Under the pieces are notes generated by a model that saw only the letters and a list, made by a program, of their open reading frames with translations, did not search any database and was not told where the DNA came from. This document shows positions 18,500-26,570 of a DNA stretch of 64,000 nucleotides, one piece after another. Positions within the stretch are counted from its first letter, which is position 1. Every line of letters begins with the position of its first letter. Both the position numbers and the translations under genes were made by a program. The stretch comes from a virus (Duplodnaviria; Heunggongvirae; Uroviricota; Caudoviricetes): IMG/VR virus record IMGVR_UViG_3300037461_000469, positions 29,752 to 93,751 of that record; one strand, 5' to 3'.

Positions 18500-19137
18500 T
18501 CTTCTCTCCTTATTTTATATCCTTTAGTATTATCTCGTTCTTTCCTTAAAACTTTATATAAATTTCCGTGTTGAATATCGTGTTCTCGGCAAAATTGGCT
18601 AATATTATCAGTATGATATTCCATTCCATTTGGGTCAATAATAATATATTTGACATATTTTCTATTTTTACCCAACATAGATTTTCTCATTTTTTCTAAT
18701 GTTTCGGGTTTTGTTATTCTTTTTTTTCTAGCAATACTCAAATTCTTTTTGTGTTTTTTAGTGAATTTCATTCCTATTCTTGATTTACTAATTTTATTTC
18801 TACATTCTAATGTTCTCTTTTGACCTATATGTTTTTGTCTGATTTTTTCTATAGTTTCGGGTGTTATTCCCGAAAACCCATCACCACCATAAGAACGATT
18901 ATAACCAATATTTTTATCAGTAGAATTATTAACCTCAATCCAATATTTTTCCCTCTCGTTTAGAGTTTGGTAATCGGAACAATTTTCTAAAATTTCCTTT
19001 TTGAAGTTTTCTTTGCCGTACTTTTTGATTGCCTGTCTAATAACTATTCCTGACCCGTAATATCTTTTTCTGTTTTTCGTGTCTTTCCCCACGTATATCT
19101 TGCCGTTAATCAGGTTAGTTATTTTGTAGATGTTCAT
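18496..19137 (-). CDS. GIY-YIG homing endonuclease inserted between pncB and pncA
   Basis: NIYKITNLINGKIYVGKD...YYGSG GIY-YIG module (start at internal Met); NUMOD3-like repeats; AT-rich. Confidence 0.7.
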   Translation of the reverse strand: MNIYKITNLINGKIYVGKDTKNRKRYYGSGIVIRQAIKKYGKENFKKEILENCSDYQTLNEREKYWIEVNNSTDKNIGYNRSYGGDGFSGITPETIEKIRQKHIGQKRTLECRNKISKSRIGMKFTKKHKKNLSIARKKRITKPETLEKMRKSMLGKNRKYVKYIIIDPNGMEYHTDNISQFCREHDIQHGNLYKVLRKERDNTKGYKIRREE

Positions 19138-19175
19138 ACCTTTATTTATCGTTTTTGTATAAGTCAGTATCCAAA

Positions 19176-19847
19176 TTACGCTCCTAACATCTTGGCAAAG
19201 TTTTTCAGGTCTCTCAGCCAACTTTCGACAGAAGCCGTCCCGCCGTAAATCGTGCGGATGCCCAACTTGCTCATTTCCACGTCAGCCACCATCTGAGTTT
19301 CGGTGCTGATGGCACGGGTGGCGATGTCGTTGACAACAACGATGAATCCCGCCTTGCGCAACTGAATTGCCGTGGTCTTGACGCAGTAATCGTAGGCGAG
19401 ACCGCCGACAATCACCACCTTGACATCCTTGCTCTTCAGCCACTCAATCACGCCCGTGGAGAGTGTATCTCCCATATCGTGATAGCAAGCCCCGTAAGGG
19501 TGAAGGTCAGGCTCAATTCCCTTGAAAACGAAGTAGTCGTAGTCAACTACCTTCGGCAGACCGTCAAGCAGTTCGTTTCCCTTCGTGCCGACAACACAAT
19601 GGGCGTTCCAATGAATGTCCACGTTTGTGCCGCCGTCCTTCACAGGGGTGAACTGAGGATGCTCCGCATCGGCAGTCCACAACGCCTTCGGCGGGTGGCA
19701 ATCCTTCGACCCCACTCTGTAGTCAGCGAGAGCGGCCTGAGCGTTCAGTTCCCCGACAATCTCATCCCCACCCTTCACGGGCAGTTCATCAGGACGCAGG
19801 GGCGTAAAACCCTTCTGTGCGTCCACATCAAAACTTGCAATCTTCAT
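19176..19847 (-). CDS. pncA: nicotinamidase/isochorismatase-family hydrolase
   Basis: FDVDAQKGF motif; catalytic Cys in VIVGGLAYDYCV. Confidence 0.7.
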   Translation of the reverse strand: MKIASFDVDAQKGFTPLRPDELPVKGGDEIVGELNAQAALADYRVGSKDCHPPKALWTADAEHPQFTPVKDGGTNVDIHWNAHCVVGTKGNELLDGLPKVVDYDYFVFKGIEPDLHPYGACYHDMGDTLSTGVIEWLKSKDVKVVIVGGLAYDYCVKTTAIQLRKAGFIVVVNDIATRAISTETQMVADVEMSKLGIRTIYGGTASVESWLRDLKNFAKMLGA

Positions 19848-19850
19848 TTT

Positions 19851-20102
19851 TTATCTCCTTTCAAAACAGGTATAGACTTCAAAAATTCGTCCAATCCCTG
19901 TTCGTTTGTCAATCTGATTAAACCTGATAATTTGGCTATGGTCAACCTCTTCCTGCCCTGAGAAGCGAGTATAAAACCCACCTTTCCCACGGCAAGCGTA
20001 ATTGTTGCAATTGGTGCAGTAATATTTTTCAACTTCGGATTCATCGATGTTAGGGTGGATTTTCCTGATGAATTTTAGGCGGTTAATTTCTCTAGGGGTC
20101 AT
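19851..20102 (-). CDS. hypothetical Cys-rich protein
   Basis: ORF with 4-nt overlaps on both sides; CTNCNNYAC. Confidence 0.45.
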   Translation of the reverse strand: MTPREINRLKFIRKIHPNIDESEVEKYYCTNCNNYACRGKGGFYTRFSGQEEVDHSQIIRFNQIDKRTGIGRIFEVYTCFERR

Positions 20103-20368
20103 TTGATATCGCCTGTGTCCCTGAGCATATCAATGTGCTTGCAAGAGTGGCTTCTCCACGACCATTTTTGGTAAGAAGGGCAAGTACAAGTCCAAATTTT
20201 GTACGTTTTGCCCGATTTTTTGAATAAAACGTCCTTTTTTGCTACGATATAGGCCAATTTCCTCTCAAAATTGAAGATTTTAAAGGCAAACTCGCCTATT
20301 TTGGTAATTTTATAAGTCGGGAGTAAGAAAAATTTATTTTTTTTCTTATTTAATTCTTTCATATTCAT
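20099..20368 (-). CDS. SWIM-type zinc-finger protein
   Basis: CxCx(n)CxH signature (WTCTCPSYQ...SHSCKHI). Confidence 0.5.
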   Translation of the reverse strand: MNMKELNKKKNKFFLLPTYKITKIGEFAFKIFNFERKLAYIVAKKDVLFKKSGKTYKIWTCTCPSYQKWSWRSHSCKHIDMLRDTGDIK

Positions 20369-20397
20369 ATTTTAACATATTTTTTAGTGTTTGTCAA
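20369..20397 (-). promoter_or_regulatory. sigma70-type promoter, TTGACA-N17-TAAAAT
   Basis: Upstream of the SWIM protein gene. Confidence 0.5.
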
Positions 20398-20917
20398 TAG
20401 ATTGTCGCAAATAAAATAAAGCAAGATTGTTTAATCTTTTATTTTCTAATTCCTTTTGTTTTTTTCTTCTTTTATGACTTATTTTTAATTTTTTAGCGTG
20501 AATTTCTTTCGCTTGGGGATTATTTTGAAAGTAATTTTTTATTGTTCTTTTGATTTTCTCTTTGTGTTCTTCTGAGAGGGGTTTACCCAATAACGCTTTT
20601 TTTATTTTTTGCTTTGTCAATTCGTGAACTGTTTTATTCGTTTCTCCTCCGCTGTTTAAATTATATCCGTAAGGCACTAAAGTATTTAATTCTTTAATTA
20701 AAAAATTTTCAGCCCAATCTAAATTTTCTACAGGATAATCAAAATGAATCCATTTGAAATTCATAATCCCATATTTTTCTATGGCTCTATGAAAATACTT
20801 ACAACCATTACATCTAATATGTGCGCTTTTTCTTTTGTTTAGTGGTTGAATAGTTTGACCGATATATTGTTTTTTATTAATTAGATTGGTAGCAATATAA
20901 ATTATTCCTTTCTCCAT
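20384..20917 (-). CDS. GIY-YIG homing endonuclease
   Basis: GIIYIATNLINKKQYIGQT...R...H GIY-YIG module, NUMOD3-like motifs; AT-rich; start assumed at internal Met. Confidence 0.65.
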   Translation of the reverse strand: MEKGIIYIATNLINKKQYIGQTIQPLNKRKSAHIRCNGCKYFHRAIEKYGIMNFKWIHFDYPVENLDWAENFLIKELNTLVPYGYNLNSGGETNKTVHELTKQKIKKALLGKPLSEEHKEKIKRTIKNYFQNNPQAKEIHAKKLKISHKRRKKQKELENKRLNNLALFYLRQSIDKH

Positions 20918-20948
20918 CTCCCTTATTATACCACACTTTGTAACGAAA

Positions 20949-21659
20949 TTATCTTTTTTTTCTTGCGGAGCCGCCTTCATCCTTTTTTACGGGCGGCGGC
21001 GGTGTTAAATGGCGGTAAGGGGTAATTGTGGGTCTGTGGGGGACCACTGTACCCTGATATTCCCGTCTAGAAGGGTTAAAACTGCGTGGGAAATCGCTTC
21101 TAGGCACGAATTTGCGCTCATTTCGGGGAATCACCCTCATCCCGTCCCTGCGTGGCTGTACGGGCATCTGACGGCGATACCCGTCAGGCCGTTTCAGGCT
21201 ATCCCTGCGGATGATAAAAGGCCGATTTTGTCCGCTGTTCCTGTGCTGATAGTAGTAATCAAAGTGCGGCCTCCAATGCGGACGATAGTGCCGATGATAC
21301 CAATGGCTCCACAGGCTGTTGTAGTAGCCGTATCCCCAAGAATTGCAGAACCAATCGTAGGAACGCCAAATAATGCGCCCTCTGAATCGTGGTACGATGT
21401 AGTGGTAAAAATAGTCGTAGGGGATGATGTAAATGCGGTTGCCGAGAATCACTAGGAACACCCTGTCGCTGTCGTAATAACTGTAGAGGATGTCGTAGTC
21501 AGCGACAGACCAATCTACCTGAGCGTAGTTGTCTAAGTATGCGTAGTCTTCGCTGTATTCCTCTTCGTAGTCGTACTGCGGTTGGGCGAACATCATCGAG
21601 CATCCTGTTGTCAGTAGTGCCGTTAATACAAGCACAATTGTGAAAAGAATCTTTTTCAT
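20949..21659 (-). CDS. secreted/lipoprotein-like Tyr/Trp/His/Arg-rich protein
   Basis: Signal peptide ending LLTTGCS (lipobox-like); extreme Y/W/H/R/P composition. Confidence 0.5.
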   Translation of the reverse strand: MKKILFTIVLVLTALLTTGCSMMFAQPQYDYEEEYSEDYAYLDNYAQVDWSVADYDILYSYYDSDRVFLVILGNRIYIIPYDYFYHYIVPRFRGRIIWRSYDWFCNSWGYGYYNSLWSHWYHRHYRPHWRPHFDYYYQHRNSGQNRPFIIRRDSLKRPDGYRRQMPVQPRRDGMRVIPRNERKFVPRSDFPRSFNPSRREYQGTVVPHRPTITPYRHLTPPPPVKKDEGGSARKKR

Positions 21660-21711
21660 CTTTCGCCTCCTACAAATATATAAGCAAGTTGAATGCCAAG
21701 ATTTTTAAGGG

Positions 21712-21873
21712 TTAAATGTCCTGATTCTTGGATAAATTTTGTTTTTCATACTTGCGGCGGTAGTCTTTCTTGGTATTGGGTTTGACTTTTTGAACCATTT
21801 TGACGTTGTATTTGTAGAGGCGTGGAGTGCGTTTGATTACAATATTTCTGGTTAATGTTTGGTGTTTTGCCAT
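21712..21873 (-). CDS. small basic protein
   Basis: ORF; start moved so that it does not run through the promoter motif. Confidence 0.35.
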   Translation of the reverse strand: MAKHQTLTRNIVIKRTPRLYKYNVKMVQKVKPNTKKDYRRKYEKQNLSKNQDI

Positions 21874-21940
21874 AATCCCTCTATATTTATTATACCACAA
21901 GTTATAATAACAATAAATATGTGTAGGAGTGGTCTGAAAA

Positions 21941-23491
21941 ATGTTTCAAAGCCTATTTGAATATTCCAACAACGGGATTGTGATTACAACCCCTGTTGAT
22001 AACGGAAATAACTTTGTTATCAAAGACATCAACCCCGAAGCCGAAAAAATAGAAAAAATAAAGAAGGAAGATGCTGTCGGTAAACTGATAACAGAGATTT
22101 GGCCCGGAATAGAAAGTTTTAGTCTGCTTACCACGATGCGAAATGTGTACAAAACGGGGAAGGGTGAACAACACCCTACTTCATTTTATCAGGACGAACG
22201 CATTTCAGGCTGGCGTGAGAACTTTGTTTACAAGGCCAAGACAGGCGAAATCGTCAATATCTATTATGACCGCACGGAAGAGAAAACGATAGAGATTAAA
22301 AACGCTTCCATCATCAAGGCACTTCCTGATTTATTTTTCAGATTCAGCGAAGATGGTACATATTTGGATTGTTGGACTAGCAATCCAAAACTTCTTATTC
22401 AACCAAAGGAAGATTTTATCGGCAAGAAACTAGAGGAAGTCCTACCGAAAGATATTGCTGATGGAGCGTATAAATTAATCAGGGAAGTTGTTGAAACAAA
22501 AGAACCTAGAAGTTTTGAGTACGAATTGGTTTTGTATGGCGGCAAGAGATATTTTGAATCACGATTGGTTTTCGATTCCGACCATACGGTGATGGCAATT
22601 GTAAGGGATGTTACCGACAAGATAGAGATGGTCGGTAAGTTGACGGAGAGCGAACAAAAATTCCGAAAGATTTTCAAGACAAGTCCTGATGCCATTCTGC
22701 TCACTTCTGTTGTGGATGGAAAAATTCTTGATGTCAACGAAGCGGGGGTGGCACTCACGGGATATACGTTGGATGAAATGTTAGGAAAGACAACAATTGA
22801 AATGGAATTTTGGTTTGATATAGAAGAAAGAAGTAAATATATTCAAAAATTATTGACAGAAAAACAAATTAATAACTACGAAGCAAAATTCAGGACAAAA
22901 CATGGAATAATTGATACTATGATTTCTGGAGAAATCATGGAAATTAATGGACAAAATTATTTCGTTTCTATTATTCGCAACGTTAGTGATTTGAGAAAAA
23001 TAAACAGGGAACTAAAATTCAGTCAGGAAAAGTTTAAGGATATTGTTGAAAACATTTCTGAAATTGTTGTTGAAATGGATAAAGATTACACGGTTACTTT
23101 TGTGAATAGTGGAATATATCATGTTACAGGATATACACCCGAAGAAATAATTGGTAAAGATTGGACACATTTCTTTACTGAAGAAACTCGTACTAAATGC
23201 CAAAGTCTTCATAAAGAAATGGTAAGAAGGAAAAATAGTTCGATATACAATTGTATTGCCGATTTCATAACAAAGACAGATGAAATTAAAATTTTAAGTG
23301 TCCAATTCAGAATTGCATTTATGAATGGTAGTGGGACAAAGACATATATGGTTGCCCGGGATGTTACCGAAGAGGAGATGGAAAAAAGAGAGAAAAAATT
23401 AGTTGAAGATAAATTGAAAGATGAGTTCCGAGAAACCTTATCCCGCATTGGTGCGGACTTAAAAAATATGACAAGTAGAGGAGAAAGATAA
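21941..23491 (+). CDS. multi-PAS-domain protein (about 4 tandem PAS folds, no output domain)
   Basis: Repeated PAS-like segments; good RBS AGGAG upstream. Confidence 0.6.
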   Translation: MFQSLFEYSNNGIVITTPVDNGNNFVIKDINPEAEKIEKIKKEDAVGKLITEIWPGIESFSLLTTMRNVYKTGKGEQHPTSFYQDERISGWRENFVYKAKTGEIVNIYYDRTEEKTIEIKNASIIKALPDLFFRFSEDGTYLDCWTSNPKLLIQPKEDFIGKKLEEVLPKDIADGAYKLIREVVETKEPRSFEYELVLYGGKRYFESRLVFDSDHTVMAIVRDVTDKIEMVGKLTESEQKFRKIFKTSPDAILLTSVVDGKILDVNEAGVALTGYTLDEMLGKTTIEMEFWFDIEERSKYIQKLLTEKQINNYEAKFRTKHGIIDTMISGEIMEINGQNYFVSIIRNVSDLRKINRELKFSQEKFKDIVENISEIVVEMDKDYTVTFVNSGIYHVTGYTPEEIIGKDWTHFFTEETRTKCQSLHKEMVRRKNSSIYNCIADFITKTDEIKILSVQFRIAFMNGSGTKTYMVARDVTEEEMEKREKKLVEDKLKDEFRETLSRIGADLKNMTSRGER

Positions 23492-23850
23492 TGCCTATCG
23501 TTGACCCTGCAACTGTTGGTACTGCCACGCAAGCCGTCCAAACTATGAATTGGCCTGGACTTATCTTTTTAGCCTCCATTATCATCGCAGGATTTGGATT
23601 GATTTGGCTTTGGTTAAGAAAAGAAAGTAAAAAGGAACCTGAGCCTGTAAAGATTGAACTTCCATTTGATAAGGAAACCTTTGAAGATATTCAAAGAAAA
23701 ATAAGTCAATGTAAAACGTCATTGGAAGAATTAAAATCCGAAATGCTGACGGTTAAGGCCACAGAAGCAAGAATAGAGGCCGATATGGTCAGAGTTTCCA
23801 ATCACTTGCGAGACCTTGTTGATAAGATGTCTTATTTTGCTATCAAGTAG
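23491..23850 (+). CDS. membrane protein with coiled-coil C-terminus
   Basis: ORF with a TM segment (LIFLASIIIAGFGLIWLWL). Confidence 0.5.
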   Translation: MPIVDPATVGTATQAVQTMNWPGLIFLASIIIAGFGLIWLWLRKESKKEPEPVKIELPFDKETFEDIQRKISQCKTSLEELKSEMLTVKATEARIEADMVRVSNHLRDLVDKMSYFAIK

Positions 23851-23858
23851 GAGACACA

Positions 23859-24560
23859 ATGCCTTTTGAAAACCGTCCTGATTCGTTCGACACCGAGAAG
23901 CCGTTAGATATGGATTATTTCCATATCAACGAAAATGTCGATACGAAAACCATGATTAGTTTTCTCCAAGAGTACAATAAAATCGGCGGTCTCTTCGTTT
24001 ATTGGTACAGGCTCCAAGACGCTGAAATGGGAATGGACCCTGTTTTCTTGGAGAAGGCAAACAAGAAGTGGTGCAGACCTATCGCAATCAAGGCCGTGTT
24101 CCAATACCTAGAGGAAATGATTGAGAACCAAAGATACGGTACTCAAATCATCGATGAAGTCAACCTGATTATCGAGAAGACGTATTGGAAGGATACTACG
24201 AAAACTCTATCCCCTTCCATCGGAGACCTCTTCTACATCGAACACGTCAAGTTGATGTTCGAAGTTGTGAACCTCGTTGACAGCGATGCAAACTTTTGGG
24301 GCAACAAGTTGACTTGGAAATTGACGGCAAAGATTTGGCAAGACAGCGGCGAAGACGAGAGAGTTACGGAAGATATCACCGAGCCTGGCTGGGCTCCTGA
24401 CGAGCAGGGCTTGCCCGTACAGGCCATCCCGGGCGAACCGAATCCGCCAGGTGCAACTGATGCTAACGGCAATCCTGCGGGTATAACTGCGGGTATCGAA
24501 CAGAAGTGTGAGGAACAACACACCTACACTCCGGGCGATAACCCATTCGGAAATTACTAA
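23859..24560 (+). CDS. hypothetical protein
   Basis: ORF. Confidence 0.5.
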   Translation: MPFENRPDSFDTEKPLDMDYFHINENVDTKTMISFLQEYNKIGGLFVYWYRLQDAEMGMDPVFLEKANKKWCRPIAIKAVFQYLEEMIENQRYGTQIIDEVNLIIEKTYWKDTTKTLSPSIGDLFYIEHVKLMFEVVNLVDSDANFWGNKLTWKLTAKIWQDSGEDERVTEDITEPGWAPDEQGLPVQAIPGEPNPPGATDANGNPAGITAGIEQKCEEQHTYTPGDNPFGNY

Positions 24561-24561
24561 G

Positions 24562-24696
24562 ATGAAGAAACTAAACATCCACATCGGAGACTTACGTTGT
24601 CAGATTAGCGTAGGAACGATAATCTTTTACGTTCTACTTTTTGCAGGCTTGGGGACTTTGTTGTACTTCAGCGTGTGGGAAGCCATGCATCATTAA
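24562..24696 (+). CDS. small membrane protein (44 aa)
   Basis: Hand-adjusted start MKKLNIHIG; single TM segment. Confidence 0.35.
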   Translation: MKKLNIHIGDLRCQISVGTIIFYVLLFAGLGTLLYFSVWEAMHH

Positions 24697-24706
24697 GGAG
24701 AGGGAA

Positions 24707-25099
24707 ATGAAATTCACACTAACAGAAAAAGAAATCAAACAGGATAATGTTTACGAAGACCCGCAATCTTCAGGTACGGAAAGTTATCATCGTGTCTCTG
24801 CGCTATTCAGAACCTTCGTAGCCACAGACGGCGTTGCGGAGATGTGCCAAAAGTTAAAATGCTTTTGGGTGATGGACGTTGTTGCATCGTATCTTCCTAG
24901 ACTGAGGAATAGGGATTCCTTCTTCACCGTCAAGGTTACAAGAGACGAGAAAGGTGGCTGTCAATTCACAATCGATAACGGCAGCGGCAAAATTTACGTT
25001 ACCCAAGATATCCCCTATACGGATTTGACCTACGACCTAAAACTTTTCCTGTCTTACGATGGTGAATTGTGGGTGATTATGTTACCGAGTGAATATTAG
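24707..25099 (+). CDS. hypothetical protein
   Basis: Start at MKFTLTEK with RBS GGAGAGGG. Confidence 0.5.
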   Translation: MKFTLTEKEIKQDNVYEDPQSSGTESYHRVSALFRTFVATDGVAEMCQKLKCFWVMDVVASYLPRLRNRDSFFTVKVTRDEKGGCQFTIDNGSGKIYVTQDIPYTDLTYDLKLFLSYDGELWVIMLPSEY

Positions 25100-25108
25100 G
25101 AGACTAAA

Positions 25109-25492
25109 ATGAAATTTAAAATTGCTGAAGATTTATCCACGTTCAACTTTGGGAATGACTTTGCCAACGCAGGGCGTTCCTACGAAAAGAAGGTAACGGA
25201 AAAAGACGTAGATGCCGAACAGTTGGAAATGGGAATCAACACGGAAATGGAACACACGGTGAACAAGGATATTGCCAAGAAGATTGCTCTTGACCACCTT
25301 GCCGAAATCAAGGACTACTACACCCGCCTGAAGAAAATGGAAGACAAGGCCAAAAAGGACGGTGAAAAGGATGCCGAAGATAGCAAAGAGGAAAAAGAAG
25401 AAGAGGGCGATGAAAAGGATGAAAAGGAAGATAAGGACGAAGAAAAAGACGAAGACGAAAAGGAAGATAAAGAAGAATCTATGAAGGTGTAA
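25109..25492 (+). CDS. acidic-tailed hypothetical protein
   Basis: ORF with RBS; poly-E/D/K C-terminus. Confidence 0.5.
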   Translation: MKFKIAEDLSTFNFGNDFANAGRSYEKKVTEKDVDAEQLEMGINTEMEHTVNKDIAKKIALDHLAEIKDYYTRLKKMEDKAKKDGEKDAEDSKEEKEEEGDEKDEKEDKDEEKDEDEKEDKEESMKV

Positions 25493-25493
25493 A

Positions 25494-25829
25494 ATGAAAT
25501 CAGTTCAGGAAAAGATTGACGAGAAACGAAAAACGCTAGACGAGATAAACGACACCCTTACCAAGTCGATGACGTTGTACGACATCACCACGTCTGAGTT
25601 CGGGGCGTTGTTTAAGGCTAACAATGGGAAAATAGATGGCAAGCAGACCCTTTCAGGAATTGCCCAACTGCTCTCCAAAATCAACGAGATGCTCACGACC
25701 CGTAACATGATTGAAAACGAAATTAACTCCCTGTTGGAATTGGAAGACGAGCAGAACAATACAAAGACAGACCAGTTCAAGGGGTCGAAAGAATCAATCC
25801 TTAAATTGTTGGAAGGGGCTAAGAAGTGA
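25494..25829 (+). CDS. hypothetical protein
   Basis: ORF. Confidence 0.5.
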   Translation: MKSVQEKIDEKRKTLDEINDTLTKSMTLYDITTSEFGALFKANNGKIDGKQTLSGIAQLLSKINEMLTTRNMIENEINSLLELEDEQNNTKTDQFKGSKESILKLLEGAKK

Positions 25830-26569
25830 AATTCACAGTAGTAGAAGATGCCGAACAGGATAAGTCCTTTCGCCAAGAGGCTCTTAATATTTGGCATAAA
25901 ATCTTGGCCGCCCCTAGAACCAAATGGGGACACTATTCTGATGGAAAGGGTTTAGAACTTGGAAAAATAGATAAAAAATATTCAGATTTGGCTTTATTAG
26001 TTGTAGAAGCGGAAAATGAGGAACAAGAAGAAACAGGTTCTTTTGGATTTGACTTGGATAATCCTAAAGATAATGGTATCGAAATTTATCTTAAAAAATC
26101 CGACTTGCCAAAAGCACTATCCCTGCTAAAGAGAAAAAAGAATTTAGAAACTACGTTTATTCACGAGTTCATACATTACTTAGATAGAGTAAGATACAAA
26201 GACCAAGAAGCATATAAAAAAATAAGAATGAGTTATGATACAGCCACAGGTGATTATGTAAAATATTTTAACGGCCCCCTAGAATTTAATGCATACGCCC
26301 AACAATTCATAAAAGAAATAGAAGATTGGTTGGATGGGCAACGGAAGATATATGATAAAATGGGTCGAAAAGAAAAATTCGCTAAGGATGTTCTAGAAAA
26401 TATATTATCATCCTTTGATAGATTTTGGAAATCTTTCCCGTACATCGCCGCGCCCAATTTTTTATTCTTTTTTAAACATTTATCTCCGAAAAATAAAAAG
26501 AAAATACAACGCCGTATGTACGGTTTCTATCTAAAATTAAAAAGCGATTTAGAAAAGGAAGTCGAATAA
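25826..26569 (+). CDS. putative HExxH metallopeptidase-like protein
   Basis: HEFIHYLD motif. Confidence 0.4.
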   Translation: MKFTVVEDAEQDKSFRQEALNIWHKILAAPRTKWGHYSDGKGLELGKIDKKYSDLALLVVEAENEEQEETGSFGFDLDNPKDNGIEIYLKKSDLPKALSLLKRKKNLETTFIHEFIHYLDRVRYKDQEAYKKIRMSYDTATGDYVKYFNGPLEFNAYAQQFIKEIEDWLDGQRKIYDKMGRKEKFAKDVLENILSSFDRFWKSFPYIAAPNFLFFFKHLSPKNKKKIQRRMYGFYLKLKSDLEKEVE

Positions 26570-26570
26570 A

